This document shows positions 32,607 to 40,989 of a stretch of DNA of 41,774 bases, piece after piece. Location of the stretch: NCBI GenBank assembly GCA_045586045.1, contig JAZMZQ010000191.1:1-41774 (forward strand). Reading direction: 5' to 3'. How positions within the stretch are numbered: position 1 is the stretch's first letter; every line of letters starts with the position of its first letter. The DNA comes from Eubacteriales bacterium (lineage in GTDB: Bacteria; Bacillota; Clostridia; Oscillospirales; QAKW01). Position numbers and translations under genes: made by a program. The notes under the pieces are model-generated. The model had not been told where the DNA came from and ran no database searches. It was given only the letters and a program-made list of their open reading frames with translations.

Positions 32607-33379
32607 AATTATTCGTGCTGGGAGATGTGGTCTCCCGTGTGGGCCTTGAGGCGGTGGAGCGCTGCCTGCCCGCCCTTAAAAGAAAATATCGCCCCGATTG
32701 CATCATCATCAATGGGGAAAATAGCGCCATCGGCAACGGGATCGATCGCCTCTCGGCCGAGCGGTTGTTCCATGCGGGGGCCGATTGCATTACCGGCGGC
32801 AACCATTCCTTTCAGCGCAAAGAGGCGGGAGAGCTTCATGAAGAAATGCCGGCTCTTTTGCGCCCTGCTAATTGGCAGGGCGATCCTTTCGGCAAAGGAG
32901 AATATCGGATGGATATGGGGGCCTATGATCTGCGGGTCATCTCCCTGCAGGGGACCTTTTATATGAATAAATGCGAAAATCCCTTCACCACCCTCGAAAA
33001 AATGCTGGAAGAGGGCGGGCCGCGCGATCTTACCATCGTCGATTTCCATGCGGAAGCCACCGCCGAAAAGCAGGCCATGGGTTGGCATTTTGACGGAAGA
33101 GTGGCGCTGGTTTTCGGCACCCATACCCATGTCCAGACCAATGATGCAAGAATTTTACCGAAGGGTACGGGGTATCTCAGCGATGTGGGAATGTGCGGCT
33201 CAAGAGACAGTATCCTCGGCAAGGGCCTTGAGCCCTGCATCCATAATTTTATCGACCCCGAAAACCGCATGAAGATTACCGACGGCGACCCGCCCTGCAT
33301 CATCAACGGTCTTCTGGCCGATTTGGATGAAAAAACAAAAAAATGCAGATCTATTGAGTTGATCTGCATGGAAGAATAA
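32603..33379 (+). CDS. ymdB: YmdB-family metallophosphoesterase (TIGR00282)
   Basis: MKLFVLGDVVSRVG...IINGENSAIGNGI...GGNH...DFHAEATAEK. ATGA-type overlap with the upstream gene. Confidence 0.85.
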   Translation: MKLFVLGDVVSRVGLEAVERCLPALKRKYRPDCIIINGENSAIGNGIDRLSAERLFHAGADCITGGNHSFQRKEAGELHEEMPALLRPANWQGDPFGKGEYRMDMGAYDLRVISLQGTFYMNKCENPFTTLEKMLEEGGPRDLTIVDFHAEATAEKQAMGWHFDGRVALVFGTHTHVQTNDARILPKGTGYLSDVGMCGSRDSILGKGLEPCIHNFIDPENRMKITDGDPPCIINGLLADLDEKTKKCRSIELICMEE

Positions 33380-33384
33380 AAACC

Positions 33385-33403
33385 GGCATCCATAAAGGGT
33401 GTT
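33385..33403 (+). repeat. degenerate copy of the tRNA-side terminator hairpin
   Basis: GGCATCC-ATAAA-GGGTGTT versus GGCACCC-ATAAA-GGGTGCC at 33606..33624. The exact shared 12-mer is CCATAAAGGGTG. Confidence 0.7.
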
Positions 33404-33600
33404 TGGCTTAAGAAATCTCATGAAATCAGAAATGACCGGTAACGGTGCGCTCTCGGCTTTTGCCGACCGCTCCGAGCGGTAGCGGCAAAACCGTCGTGCT
33501 GCCGACTTCGCTGATCCCAAAACCTAACGTGGCTTTGGGACAGCTTCGACTGACCCGCACTTTTCTTTGAAAAGTCGTCTCAATCAGAAAACCAACACCA
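33404..33600. other. about 200 bp structured intergenic element between the two hairpin copies
   Basis: Nested stems TTGCCG(ACCGCTCCGAGCGGTA)GCGGCAA, CCCAAA..CTTTGGG and CTTTTC..GAAAAG. No credible ORF. Confidence 0.5.
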
Positions 33601-33603
33601 AAA

Positions 33604-33630
33604 AAGGCACCCATAAAGGGTGCCTTTTTT
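33604..33630. terminator. bidirectional terminator downstream of tRNA-Leu
   Basis: AAAAAAGGCACCCATAAAGGGTGCCTTTTTT. Confidence 0.85.
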
Positions 33631-33719
33631 TGGTGCCGGTGACCGGGATCGAACCGGTACGGGTATCGCTACCCACGGGATTTTAAGTCCCGGGCGTCTG
33701 CCAGTTCCGCCACACCGGC
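33631..33719 (-). tRNA. tRNA-Leu (anticodon UAA), CCA encoded
   Basis: The reverse complement GCCGGTG-TG-GCGGAACTGGCAGACGC-CGGGA-CTTAAAA-TCCCG-long variable arm-ACCGG-TTCGATC-CCGGT-CACCGGC-ACCA folds as a class II cloverleaf. Confidence 0.95.
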
Positions 33720-33728
33720 GTAACTGAA

Positions 33729-33757
33729 AGTTTATCACAAACAGCATGGATTGTCAA
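33729..33757 (-). promoter_or_regulatory. tRNA-Leu promoter
   Basis: On the minus strand: TTGACA, 17 nt spacer, TAAACT, ending about 9 nt before the tRNA 5' end. Confidence 0.65.
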
Positions 33758-33794
33758 GAATGAGATCAAAAATAAAACGCAGATCAAAAGAGTA

Positions 33795-35636
33795 TCATGA
33801 AATGGGCAGCCATGCTGCAATGGTGGTCTCCCAATCGCGGCCGGCGCTGGAATAGTCTACCAGATAGAAATCCTTGCCCTCTTTATCGGTGAATTTCATC
33901 TTCAGCAGGCAGGGTACATTGGGGGCGATGGTCAGATCCTCTTGAAGGGTGCCCCGGGGCTCAAAATCAAAGACCGAATCGGCGGGTTTTCCCAAGCGGG
34001 AATCGGCGGCAAGGGTCAAGGGGCCGTAGGTGAGGGCGATATAATGATCTTCCTCTTCTTTATGGAATACCTCTTCGGCGGCAGCGCTGTGCCAGCCGCC
34101 GCCCTTTTTCATTTTGGTATAGACGGTATCCTTTTCCCATTTTTCGGGGAAATGGGCCTTAAGCTTCATCTCAAAATTCAGCTCGACCGTCTCATTTTTC
34201 CATTCTTTATGAAGGGTGGTATAGCCGGAAGGGGCATCGGACCATGCGGGGTTGCGCACCTTTAAGGTAAAGGCGGTGGGGCGATCGGTCTTGATGGTGA
34301 GCTTGATTTTTCCGTCGGTAGGATAATCGGTTTCCATCTGCAGATAGATATTGGTATCCTTCCATCTCAGCTGGGCCAAGCCTTCCTCAAAGAAGTTGAT
34401 GGTGATCCCCTCTTCATCGGTGGTGATCATTTCCTTGAGGAACACCCCGACGCCTGCGCCCGCAATGCAGGCGCAGCAGCCATAGTAGCTATAATCATGA
34501 AGCTGCTGAGAGCCGCCGATCTTCACTCCCCGCTTGCCGGGGGTCAAGGGGCTATAGCTATCCACCGGCAGGAAGGTGCGCACCAGCTTGGGCGCTTTTT
34601 CCTTGCCGAGAAATTTTTCTCGGGCATAGGGGCAATCTTTATTTTCGGTATTGAATGCGCCAAGGTAAGCGTTATAGAAGGATTGCTCTATGGAATCGGC
34701 AAAGGCACTATCGCCCGTAAGCGCTAAGAGGCGGGCGGCGAATTTCATCCAGGTAACGGTTACGCAGGTCTCCTGCATTACCTCATCCTGCACCACCGTC
34801 TGCCGCGCTTTGGTATGATCAAAAAGCTCATGGGTAATGCCGCAGCAGCCGATGATGGAAAGCTCGCTTTCCAAGACGGCGCGGCCGAAATTGATTACTG
34901 CGGTTTTATACTTTTCGATGCCGGTAACCTCATAATATTCCAAAAGTCCCTCAAAGCAGGAGATCATCTCATAGGCTTTGGAAACACCGTATTGATAGGG
35001 ATAGAGCTGATTCTCATAAGCCAGCTCAAAGATATTGATATGGGCAGCGCCGCCCCGATTTACAATATAGGCGGCAAAATCCAGATATTTCTGCTCCCCC
35101 GTCAGCTTATAAAGGCGGACAATCGGCTCCAGAATCGAGGAGGAATTGATGCCATACCAGCTGCGGGAGGCGGCGGTAATATCCTTCTTCCCCTCTCCTT
35201 CGCCGATATGGTCGATGATATAATCGGCGCAACGGCTGATAAAGCGAATGATTTCTTCTTTCAACGCCTCATCCTTGCAGATCTCCAGATAATATTCGCT
35301 TGCCAGCATGATATATTTGCGGCTCCAAAGATCCCAGGAATCAAATTCCGTCTCTCGGGTATAGGAAGAGATGCGCCCGTCCTCTTCGGCGGCGGTCATC
35401 AGATCCTTTACCGAATCGGTAAGGATCTCATATAATGCGGGATCTTGGGTATAGGCGCAGATCATGGATGCGCCCCGCATCATCTTGCCCCAAAATTCGC
35501 CCCGCCAGCCTTGGTTGGTGCCATCCTGCTGCACCCGAAATACGTCGACAAATTTTGCCCAAAGGGCAGGCTCCTTCATGGAATAATCCTGCAGGAAGCG
35601 GGCGGCCCAATCGGCCAATCCTCTTAATTGCATCAT
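33795..35636 (-). CDS. GH127/DUF1680-like beta-L-arabinofuranosidase family protein
   Basis: 613 aa. The overall pattern (WRGEFWGKMMRG, Cys-rich YYGCCACIAG) resembles the DUF1680 family. Assigned from memory of the family. Confidence 0.6.
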   Translation of the reverse strand: MMQLRGLADWAARFLQDYSMKEPALWAKFVDVFRVQQDGTNQGWRGEFWGKMMRGASMICAYTQDPALYEILTDSVKDLMTAAEEDGRISSYTRETEFDSWDLWSRKYIMLASEYYLEICKDEALKEEIIRFISRCADYIIDHIGEGEGKKDITAASRSWYGINSSSILEPIVRLYKLTGEQKYLDFAAYIVNRGGAAHINIFELAYENQLYPYQYGVSKAYEMISCFEGLLEYYEVTGIEKYKTAVINFGRAVLESELSIIGCCGITHELFDHTKARQTVVQDEVMQETCVTVTWMKFAARLLALTGDSAFADSIEQSFYNAYLGAFNTENKDCPYAREKFLGKEKAPKLVRTFLPVDSYSPLTPGKRGVKIGGSQQLHDYSYYGCCACIAGAGVGVFLKEMITTDEEGITINFFEEGLAQLRWKDTNIYLQMETDYPTDGKIKLTIKTDRPTAFTLKVRNPAWSDAPSGYTTLHKEWKNETVELNFEMKLKAHFPEKWEKDTVYTKMKKGGGWHSAAAEEVFHKEEEDHYIALTYGPLTLAADSRLGKPADSVFDFEPRGTLQEDLTIAPNVPCLLKMKFTDKEGKDFYLVDYSSAGRDWETTIAAWLPIS

Positions 35637-35637
35637 T

Positions 35638-36360
35638 TTATTTTTCCAATCCTTTTAGATATTCTATGCAGATTTTTGCCTCGGTGGGGCCGTCGGGGGT
35701 CTGGGTCTCGCTCTCTACCACCAGCGGGAGCCCGTGGGCCTTGCCCCAGGCAACGCAATCGGCCACGGGGGCTGTGCCCATGCCGAGGGGGAAGCCGTTG
35801 CCGATCTCATCGCCGTCTTTGATATGGAGGCCGATCAGCCGATCCTGAATCCGATCCAAAAGGGCGATGGGATCCTTCATCCCTACATAAGCCCAATAAA
35901 TATCCACTTGAAATTTCAGCTTGGTGCGATAGAGCAGCTGATCGAAGGCTTGGCCGCCATCTTTATTAGGAAGAAATTCAGTATGATGGTTATGGAAAGC
36001 AAGGGTAATCCCCTCTGCGGCCAGCTTATCATAGAGCTCGTTGACTTTTTCAATGAAATAATCTGTTTTTTCCTGATTCTTAAAGTTATAATAAGGAATG
36101 ATATAGGTCTTATTGCCGATGGCCTTATGGAAGGCGACGGTCTCTTCATAATGATCGACAAGATCGTTGAAGGAAGAATGGGTGCTTCCGATCTCTACAT
36201 TATATTTCTTCATAATGGCATTAACTTCTTCTGCCGTATGGTCGAAAAAGCCGGCAGGCTCCATTTTTTGATAACCAAGCTCTGCCATCTTTGCCACCGC
36301 CTGCTCAAAATTCTCTTTGGCAAGATCCCGCACGCTGTAAAGCTGAATACCGTATTCCAT
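35638..36360 (-). CDS. sugar phosphate isomerase/epimerase (xylose-isomerase-like TIM barrel)
   Basis: MEYGIQLYSVRD start following GGAGGA. The longer ORF-track start at 36417 would lie inside the predicted promoter. Confidence 0.75.
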   Translation of the reverse strand: MEYGIQLYSVRDLAKENFEQAVAKMAELGYQKMEPAGFFDHTAEEVNAIMKKYNVEIGSTHSSFNDLVDHYEETVAFHKAIGNKTYIIPYYNFKNQEKTDYFIEKVNELYDKLAAEGITLAFHNHHTEFLPNKDGGQAFDQLLYRTKLKFQVDIYWAYVGMKDPIALLDRIQDRLIGLHIKDGDEIGNGFPLGMGTAPVADCVAWGKAHGLPLVVESETQTPDGPTEAKICIEYLKGLEK

Positions 36361-36388
36361 ATTGAAGTCCTCCGATGATTTTTTCTTC

Positions 36389-36417
36389 ATCATAGCATAA
36401 AGAGACGAGATGTGCAA
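36389..36417 (-). promoter_or_regulatory. promoter of the isomerase-GH127 operon
   Basis: On the minus strand: TTGCAC, 17 nt spacer, TATGAT. Confidence 0.55.
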
Positions 36418-36554
36418 TGGCCTTTTTTCTTGAAAATTTGTTGTTTTTTTCTTTTTCGAAATTTATTTTCAACCTTTCCCCTTTATTTTTCATAAAATAT
36501 ATGGTAGAATAATTTTACATATCAAAAATGAACTCAAATTTATGAGGTGAAATA

Positions 36555-37811
36555 ATGGATAGAATTGTGGTAAACGGTCCTTGTTGCCTGAGCGGCGAGG
36601 TAGAGATCACCGGCGCAAAAAATGCCATCGTCGCCATTCTGCCGGCGGCTATGCTGGTCGATGGGGTCTGCCGAATCGAAAATGTGCCCGATATCAGCGA
36701 TGTAGAGTGCATTATCAATATTCTTCAGGCCATGGGCGCCAAGGTGGAGCGGGAGGAGAGCGGCACCATTGAGGTGGATTGCTCCCATGTAACCTCCACG
36801 GAAGTCCCCTATCAATATGCCAGAAAGTTCCGCGCCTCCTATTATTTTTTGGGCGCTCTTTTAGGGCGCTTCGGCAAAGCGACGGTTGCCATGCCCGGCG
36901 GCTGCCATCTGGGCGCGCGGCCCATGGATCAGCATATTAAAGCCTTTGAGCAGCTGGGGGCGCAGGTAGAGGTGGCCAGAGGCGATGTCATCTGCCGTGC
37001 CAAGCGCCTTTGCGGTGCGGATATCTATTTGGATATGGTCTCGGTGGGCGCTACCATCAATGCCATGCTGGCTGCCACCAAGGCAGAGGGGCTTACGGTG
37101 ATTGAAAATGTGGCGAAGGAGCCTCATATCGTTGATGTGGCCAACTTTTTGAACTCCATGGGCGCCAATATCCGCGGCGCAGGGACCGATGTCATCAAGG
37201 TGCAGGGTGTCGGCACTTTGCGGGGCGGCTCCTATGCGGTGATCCCCGATCAGATCGAGGCGGGGACCTATATGGCGGCGGCGGCCGCAACCGGCGGCAA
37301 GGTGCTGGTAAAGAATGTCATCCCCAAGCATATGGAGTGTATTACGGCAAAGCTGGAGGAGATGGGCGTTTCGGTTACGGAATTTGACGATTCCATTTTG
37401 ATAGACGGCACGGCCTCTCTTAAAAAGACCAATATTAAGACCATGCCCTACCCCGGCTTCCCTACCGATATGCAGCCCCAGATGGCAACGGTGATGCTCC
37501 GGGCAGAGGGGACCAGCAAAATCAACGAAGGCGTCTGGGACAGCCGCTTCAAATATACCGAAGAGCTGATCCGTATGGGTGCTGATATTTCGGTGAGCGG
37601 GAAGGTTGCCACCATCACCGGCGGCAAGGAGCTGCTGGGCGCGCCGGTGCGTGCGTGCGATTTAAGAGCAGGCGCTGCCATGGTCATTGCAGGGCTGATG
37701 GCAAAGGGCACCACCACCATCGAGGATATTGATCATATCCGCCGCGGCTATGAGCGGATTGTGGAAAAATTCCAAGGGTTGGGCGCCGATATCACCTTGA
37801 TCAAAGATTGA
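36555..37811 (+). CDS. murA: UDP-N-acetylglucosamine 1-carboxyvinyltransferase
   Basis: 418 aa. GEVEITGAKNAIVAILPAAML and GGCHLGARPMDQH (catalytic Cys loop). Confidence 0.9.
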   Translation: MDRIVVNGPCCLSGEVEITGAKNAIVAILPAAMLVDGVCRIENVPDISDVECIINILQAMGAKVEREESGTIEVDCSHVTSTEVPYQYARKFRASYYFLGALLGRFGKATVAMPGGCHLGARPMDQHIKAFEQLGAQVEVARGDVICRAKRLCGADIYLDMVSVGATINAMLAATKAEGLTVIENVAKEPHIVDVANFLNSMGANIRGAGTDVIKVQGVGTLRGGSYAVIPDQIEAGTYMAAAAATGGKVLVKNVIPKHMECITAKLEEMGVSVTEFDDSILIDGTASLKKTNIKTMPYPGFPTDMQPQMATVMLRAEGTSKINEGVWDSRFKYTEELIRMGADISVSGKVATITGGKELLGAPVRACDLRAGAAMVIAGLMAKGTTTIEDIDHIRRGYERIVEKFQGLGADITLIKD

Positions 37812-38029
37812 TTTTTTGGCGGATTTGCATGAATTTTATCCTAAAAACTGAAAAGAAAGCACAAATTGTGTTAAAAAAACCACATAAAGTGGTATCATTT
37901 TTTGAAAAGCTCTGTTATAATAAATGTTGAAAATAGGACAACTGCCCGAATAAGCGGAAAAGTTGTTCGCGGAAAGAGGAAAAAACTCAAAGTTCCTTGA
38001 TGAGTTCCGCAAATATAAGGAGGTTCATT

Positions 38030-39457
38030 ATGTTGAAAAGAGTTGGTGCCGTTGTTTTGACGGTCGTAATGCTGCTCTCTATGGTTTGCACGTTTGCTGT
38101 CGCTTCCGCAGCCGGCGATGTTGCTGCTCTGCAGGTAACCGCGGATAAGGCTACTGTTAAGCGCGGTGATACTGTTGCATTTACGGTTAAGCTGAGTAAG
38201 GCTGTTGAGCTGACCGGCTTGATCATCGAGGTGAAGGCGCCTTCCGGGCTGACCTTGAAGGGTGCCCCTACGTTTACTGTTGCTACCAGTGCGGTTGAGG
38301 GCAATAAATATGCTTGGGCAAACGCGACTCCCTTGGCCTTTACCGGTAGTAAAATCGCAACCTTTACTTATACTGTAAGCAATACCGCTGCGTTGGGCGC
38401 TGCTACATTTGAGGTAATTGTTCATGAGGCTTCCGATAATACCGCAGGCGCCGGTGTGCAGGATGTAACCATCACCTCCGGTTCTGCTCGAGTTACCATT
38501 GAGTGCGCTCATGATTATTCCGGCGTGAAAGCCACTGCTCCCAATAATGTTACCGAGGCAAACCATGCCAATGCAAAGCATAGCTATGCTTGTAAGTATG
38601 GCTGCGGCACCAAAAAATATGAGGCTTGCTCCTTCAAGCTCCAAAGCGCTACCAAGCATACCGCTACCGTAGACGGTGTCGAGATTTATGCTTGTACTGT
38701 ATGTAACGCTTCCTATAAGAAGATTACTCCCGCAGGCCATACCGACATTGTTTTGATCTATGATGCAGCTACCTCCAAGAAGGATGGTAAGTGGATTGAG
38801 CATTGCACCATCTGCGATCAGGATGTAAAGACCACCCCCATTACTGCAGGTCATCCCGGTAAGGATGTAACCAGCACCAAGAAGTATTACTATAAGTATG
38901 CTCAGTATGCAAAGGCTTCCGGCTTGATGGTCGGCGATGATAAGGGCAACTTCAATCCCGATAAGAACATCAAGCGCGGTGAGTTCGCAAGCGTACTTGC
39001 CAGAATTTACTATGGCGACGCCAGCAAGATTCCTACCTTTAAGAACTCTCAGTTGACCCTGACGGATATTAAGGGCAAGTGGTATCGTCATGCTGCTCAG
39101 GCAATGTATAACGAAGGCATCATCTCCGGCTATGAGCAAAAGAACGGCACCTTTAAGTTCAAGGGTGATGATCCCATCACCAGAGAGGCTGTTGTATCCC
39201 TCTTCCACAGACTTTATAAGAAGATGCATAAGGATGCTCCCATCAAGTTTGCTGCTGCAGGCAGTGTTATAGATATGAATAAGGTTTCCAAGTGGGCAAA
39301 AGCAGATGTTCAGTGGAGCTTGGATACCGGCCTTGTAGTTGGTGATGCTACCACCAAGAAATTCAATCCGAAGAATAATATTAAGCGTCGCGATATGGCA
39401 GTTATTCTTACCAAGTATGATATTGCCATCAGAAGCGTAATGACGGATGATGTCTAA
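38030..39457 (+). CDS. secreted surface protein with a cohesin-like N-domain, a Cys/His-rich middle region and C-terminal SLH repeats
   Basis: The ATG at 38030 follows AAGGAGG. Signal peptide MLKRVGAVVLTVVMLLSMVCTFAVASA. SLH-like segments (GDDKGNFNPDKNIKRGEFASVLAR, VGDATTKKFNPKNNIKRRDMAVIL). Confidence 0.8.
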   Translation: MLKRVGAVVLTVVMLLSMVCTFAVASAAGDVAALQVTADKATVKRGDTVAFTVKLSKAVELTGLIIEVKAPSGLTLKGAPTFTVATSAVEGNKYAWANATPLAFTGSKIATFTYTVSNTAALGAATFEVIVHEASDNTAGAGVQDVTITSGSARVTIECAHDYSGVKATAPNNVTEANHANAKHSYACKYGCGTKKYEACSFKLQSATKHTATVDGVEIYACTVCNASYKKITPAGHTDIVLIYDAATSKKDGKWIEHCTICDQDVKTTPITAGHPGKDVTSTKKYYYKYAQYAKASGLMVGDDKGNFNPDKNIKRGEFASVLARIYYGDASKIPTFKNSQLTLTDIKGKWYRHAAQAMYNEGIISGYEQKNGTFKFKGDDPITREAVVSLFHRLYKKMHKDAPIKFAAAGSVIDMNKVSKWAKADVQWSLDTGLVVGDATTKKFNPKNNIKRRDMAVILTKYDIAIRSVMTDDV

Positions 39458-39478
39458 GGATGATCTGAAAAGAATATA

Positions 39479-39516
39479 AAAAGGTTGCAAGGCAAACTGC
39501 CTTGCAACCTTTTTTT
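39479..39516 (+). terminator. terminator hairpin, copy 1 of a 38 bp direct repeat
   Basis: AAAAGGTTGCAAGGC-AAACT-GCCTTGCAACCTTTTTTT. Confidence 0.85.
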
Positions 39517-39517
39517 T

Positions 39518-39803
39518 AGACTGTCAAAAAAGGCACAGACCGCAGAAAACAACAGAAAAAACTATTCTGTAATTCTATCAATCAGCAAGAGAAAAGAAAT
39601 CCAACTCTTTTCCTTGTTTTCTTATTATAAGGAGAAAAATCCGCATAGTAATGCGAATTTTGATTGAATCTTTTCTGCTTTCCGTCGATCTGCTCTCTGC
39701 CGTACCTATGTACGCCGACGAGAACAGATCGACGAAATCTGCACTCTTTTTTGAAAGTCTACTATCGTGTCAAAAATCTCCGCAGGCGTTTTTTGACACG
39801 ACG
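39518..39803. other. 286 bp AT-rich non-coding element bracketed by identical terminators
   Basis: The ends are imperfect inverted repeats (AGACTGTCAAAAAAGGCAC ... GGCGTTTTTTGACACGACG). Internal stem CGTCGATCTG/CAGATCGACG. Only junk ORFs. Confidence 0.55.
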
Positions 39804-39841
39804 AAAAGGTTGCAAGGCAAACTGCCTTGCAACCTTTTTTT
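39804..39841 (+). terminator. terminator hairpin, copy 2 of the 38 bp direct repeat
   Basis: Identical 38-mer, 325 bp downstream of copy 1. Confidence 0.85.
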
Positions 39842-39865
39842 CTTTCCTTATCATAATATATAAAA

Positions 39866-39895
39866 AGAGAAGATCTGCCGATCTTCTCTTTTTGG
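39866..39895. terminator. terminator of the nahK-side operon (bidirectional)
   Basis: AAAAAGAGAAGATC-TGCC-GATCTTCTCTTTTT. Confidence 0.8.
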
Positions 39896-39897
39896 TT

Positions 39898-40983
39898 TTA
39901 TTGATATTTGGCCACAATCGCCTGCATTTGATCTTGCTTTTCTTCCATTTCCCGCACCAGCTTAAATTGAGTGCGCGCCCGCACTAAATTATGCGCAGGG
40001 TACGCGGTCTTGAAATAGCAATCTCCATTGAGATAATCGGCAAGGAATCGGATGCCGCATTCTAAGGTCATGGTCCATGCGCCGGTAGGCAGCAGGCTCT
40101 TTTCTTTCTCGCTGAGGCAATCGCCGCAGCCCTCTAAGAAGCCTTTGGTATAGGCGGCAAAAAGATCCAGATCCAATTCCACCTTGCTAAGATCTTGCTC
40201 ATCCTCGGCGGCAGTAGATGCTCCATAGCGGATGGAATCGCCGAAATCGAAAATGGCTTGGCCGGGCATGACGGTATCCAAATCGATGACGCAGACTCCT
40301 TCTTCGGTCTCGGGATCCAGCAATACATTATTCAGCTTGGTATCATTATGGGTTACCCGCAGGGGCAGAATGCCTTGCTTTTGCAATTCCATGATAAAGC
40401 CGCTTTCCTGCTCTCGGTCCAGCGCAAAAGCAATCTCTTCTGCCACAGCCTCGGCTCTGCCTGCTTCATTTTTTGCAATGGCTTCTTTTAGCTGCTCGAA
40501 GCGCGCGGGCGTATCGTGAAAATGAGGAATGGTCTCAAAGAGCTCTGCCGCAGGATAATCGGCCAGCAAAGATTGGAATTTTCCAAAAGCTTTACCGCTG
40601 GCATAAAAGTCCTTGGGGCTGCGGGCAGAATCCAAAGCAAAGAGATCGCCTTGGAAGCGATAGGCGCGGAATGCGCCCTCGGGCCCATCATAGTAAAGGG
40701 CTCCGTTCTTTGTCTTAATAAAAGTAAGGGTCTCCCGATTGGGGTCTCCTCCCCGCTCTACAATTCTCTTTTTTAAGTATTCGGTAACCCCGAATACATT
40801 TTCCATCAGCTCCTGAGGATGGGTAAAGACAAAGGTGTTCATTTGTTGAAGGATATACTGAGCGCCCTTGTTGGTCGTCAATAAAAGGGTATCGTTGATA
40901 TGGCCGCTGCCAAAGGGCTTTACTTCAACCACCTCGCCGATAAAGGCAAAGGCATCAATCACATTCTTAATTTTTTGCTGCAT
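39898..40983 (-). CDS. nahK: N-acetylhexosamine 1-kinase
   Basis: 361 aa. ILQQMNT, RVTHNDTKLNNVLLD, IDLDTVMPG, FDFGDSIRYGASTAAEDE.DLSKV and ECGIRFLADYLNGDCYF track Bifidobacterium NahK/LnpB closely as I recall it. Confidence 0.85.
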   Translation of the reverse strand: MQQKIKNVIDAFAFIGEVVEVKPFGSGHINDTLLLTTNKGAQYILQQMNTFVFTHPQELMENVFGVTEYLKKRIVERGGDPNRETLTFIKTKNGALYYDGPEGAFRAYRFQGDLFALDSARSPKDFYASGKAFGKFQSLLADYPAAELFETIPHFHDTPARFEQLKEAIAKNEAGRAEAVAEEIAFALDREQESGFIMELQKQGILPLRVTHNDTKLNNVLLDPETEEGVCVIDLDTVMPGQAIFDFGDSIRYGASTAAEDEQDLSKVELDLDLFAAYTKGFLEGCGDCLSEKEKSLLPTGAWTMTLECGIRFLADYLNGDCYFKTAYPAHNLVRARTQFKLVREMEEKQDQMQAIVAKYQ

Positions 40984-40989
40984 GGGCTC

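Noticed and set aside
37895-39490. 531 aa ORF on the minus strand
   Set aside because: It is antisense to the SLH-domain gene, which has a signal peptide, an RBS and SLH motifs. The ORF has no RBS and runs through the downstream terminator.
39651-39987. Two overlapping 70 aa and 107 aa ORFs inside the terminator-bracketed element
   Set aside because: They cross terminator hairpins, lack RBSs and have junk composition. The region is better explained as a non-coding repeat element.
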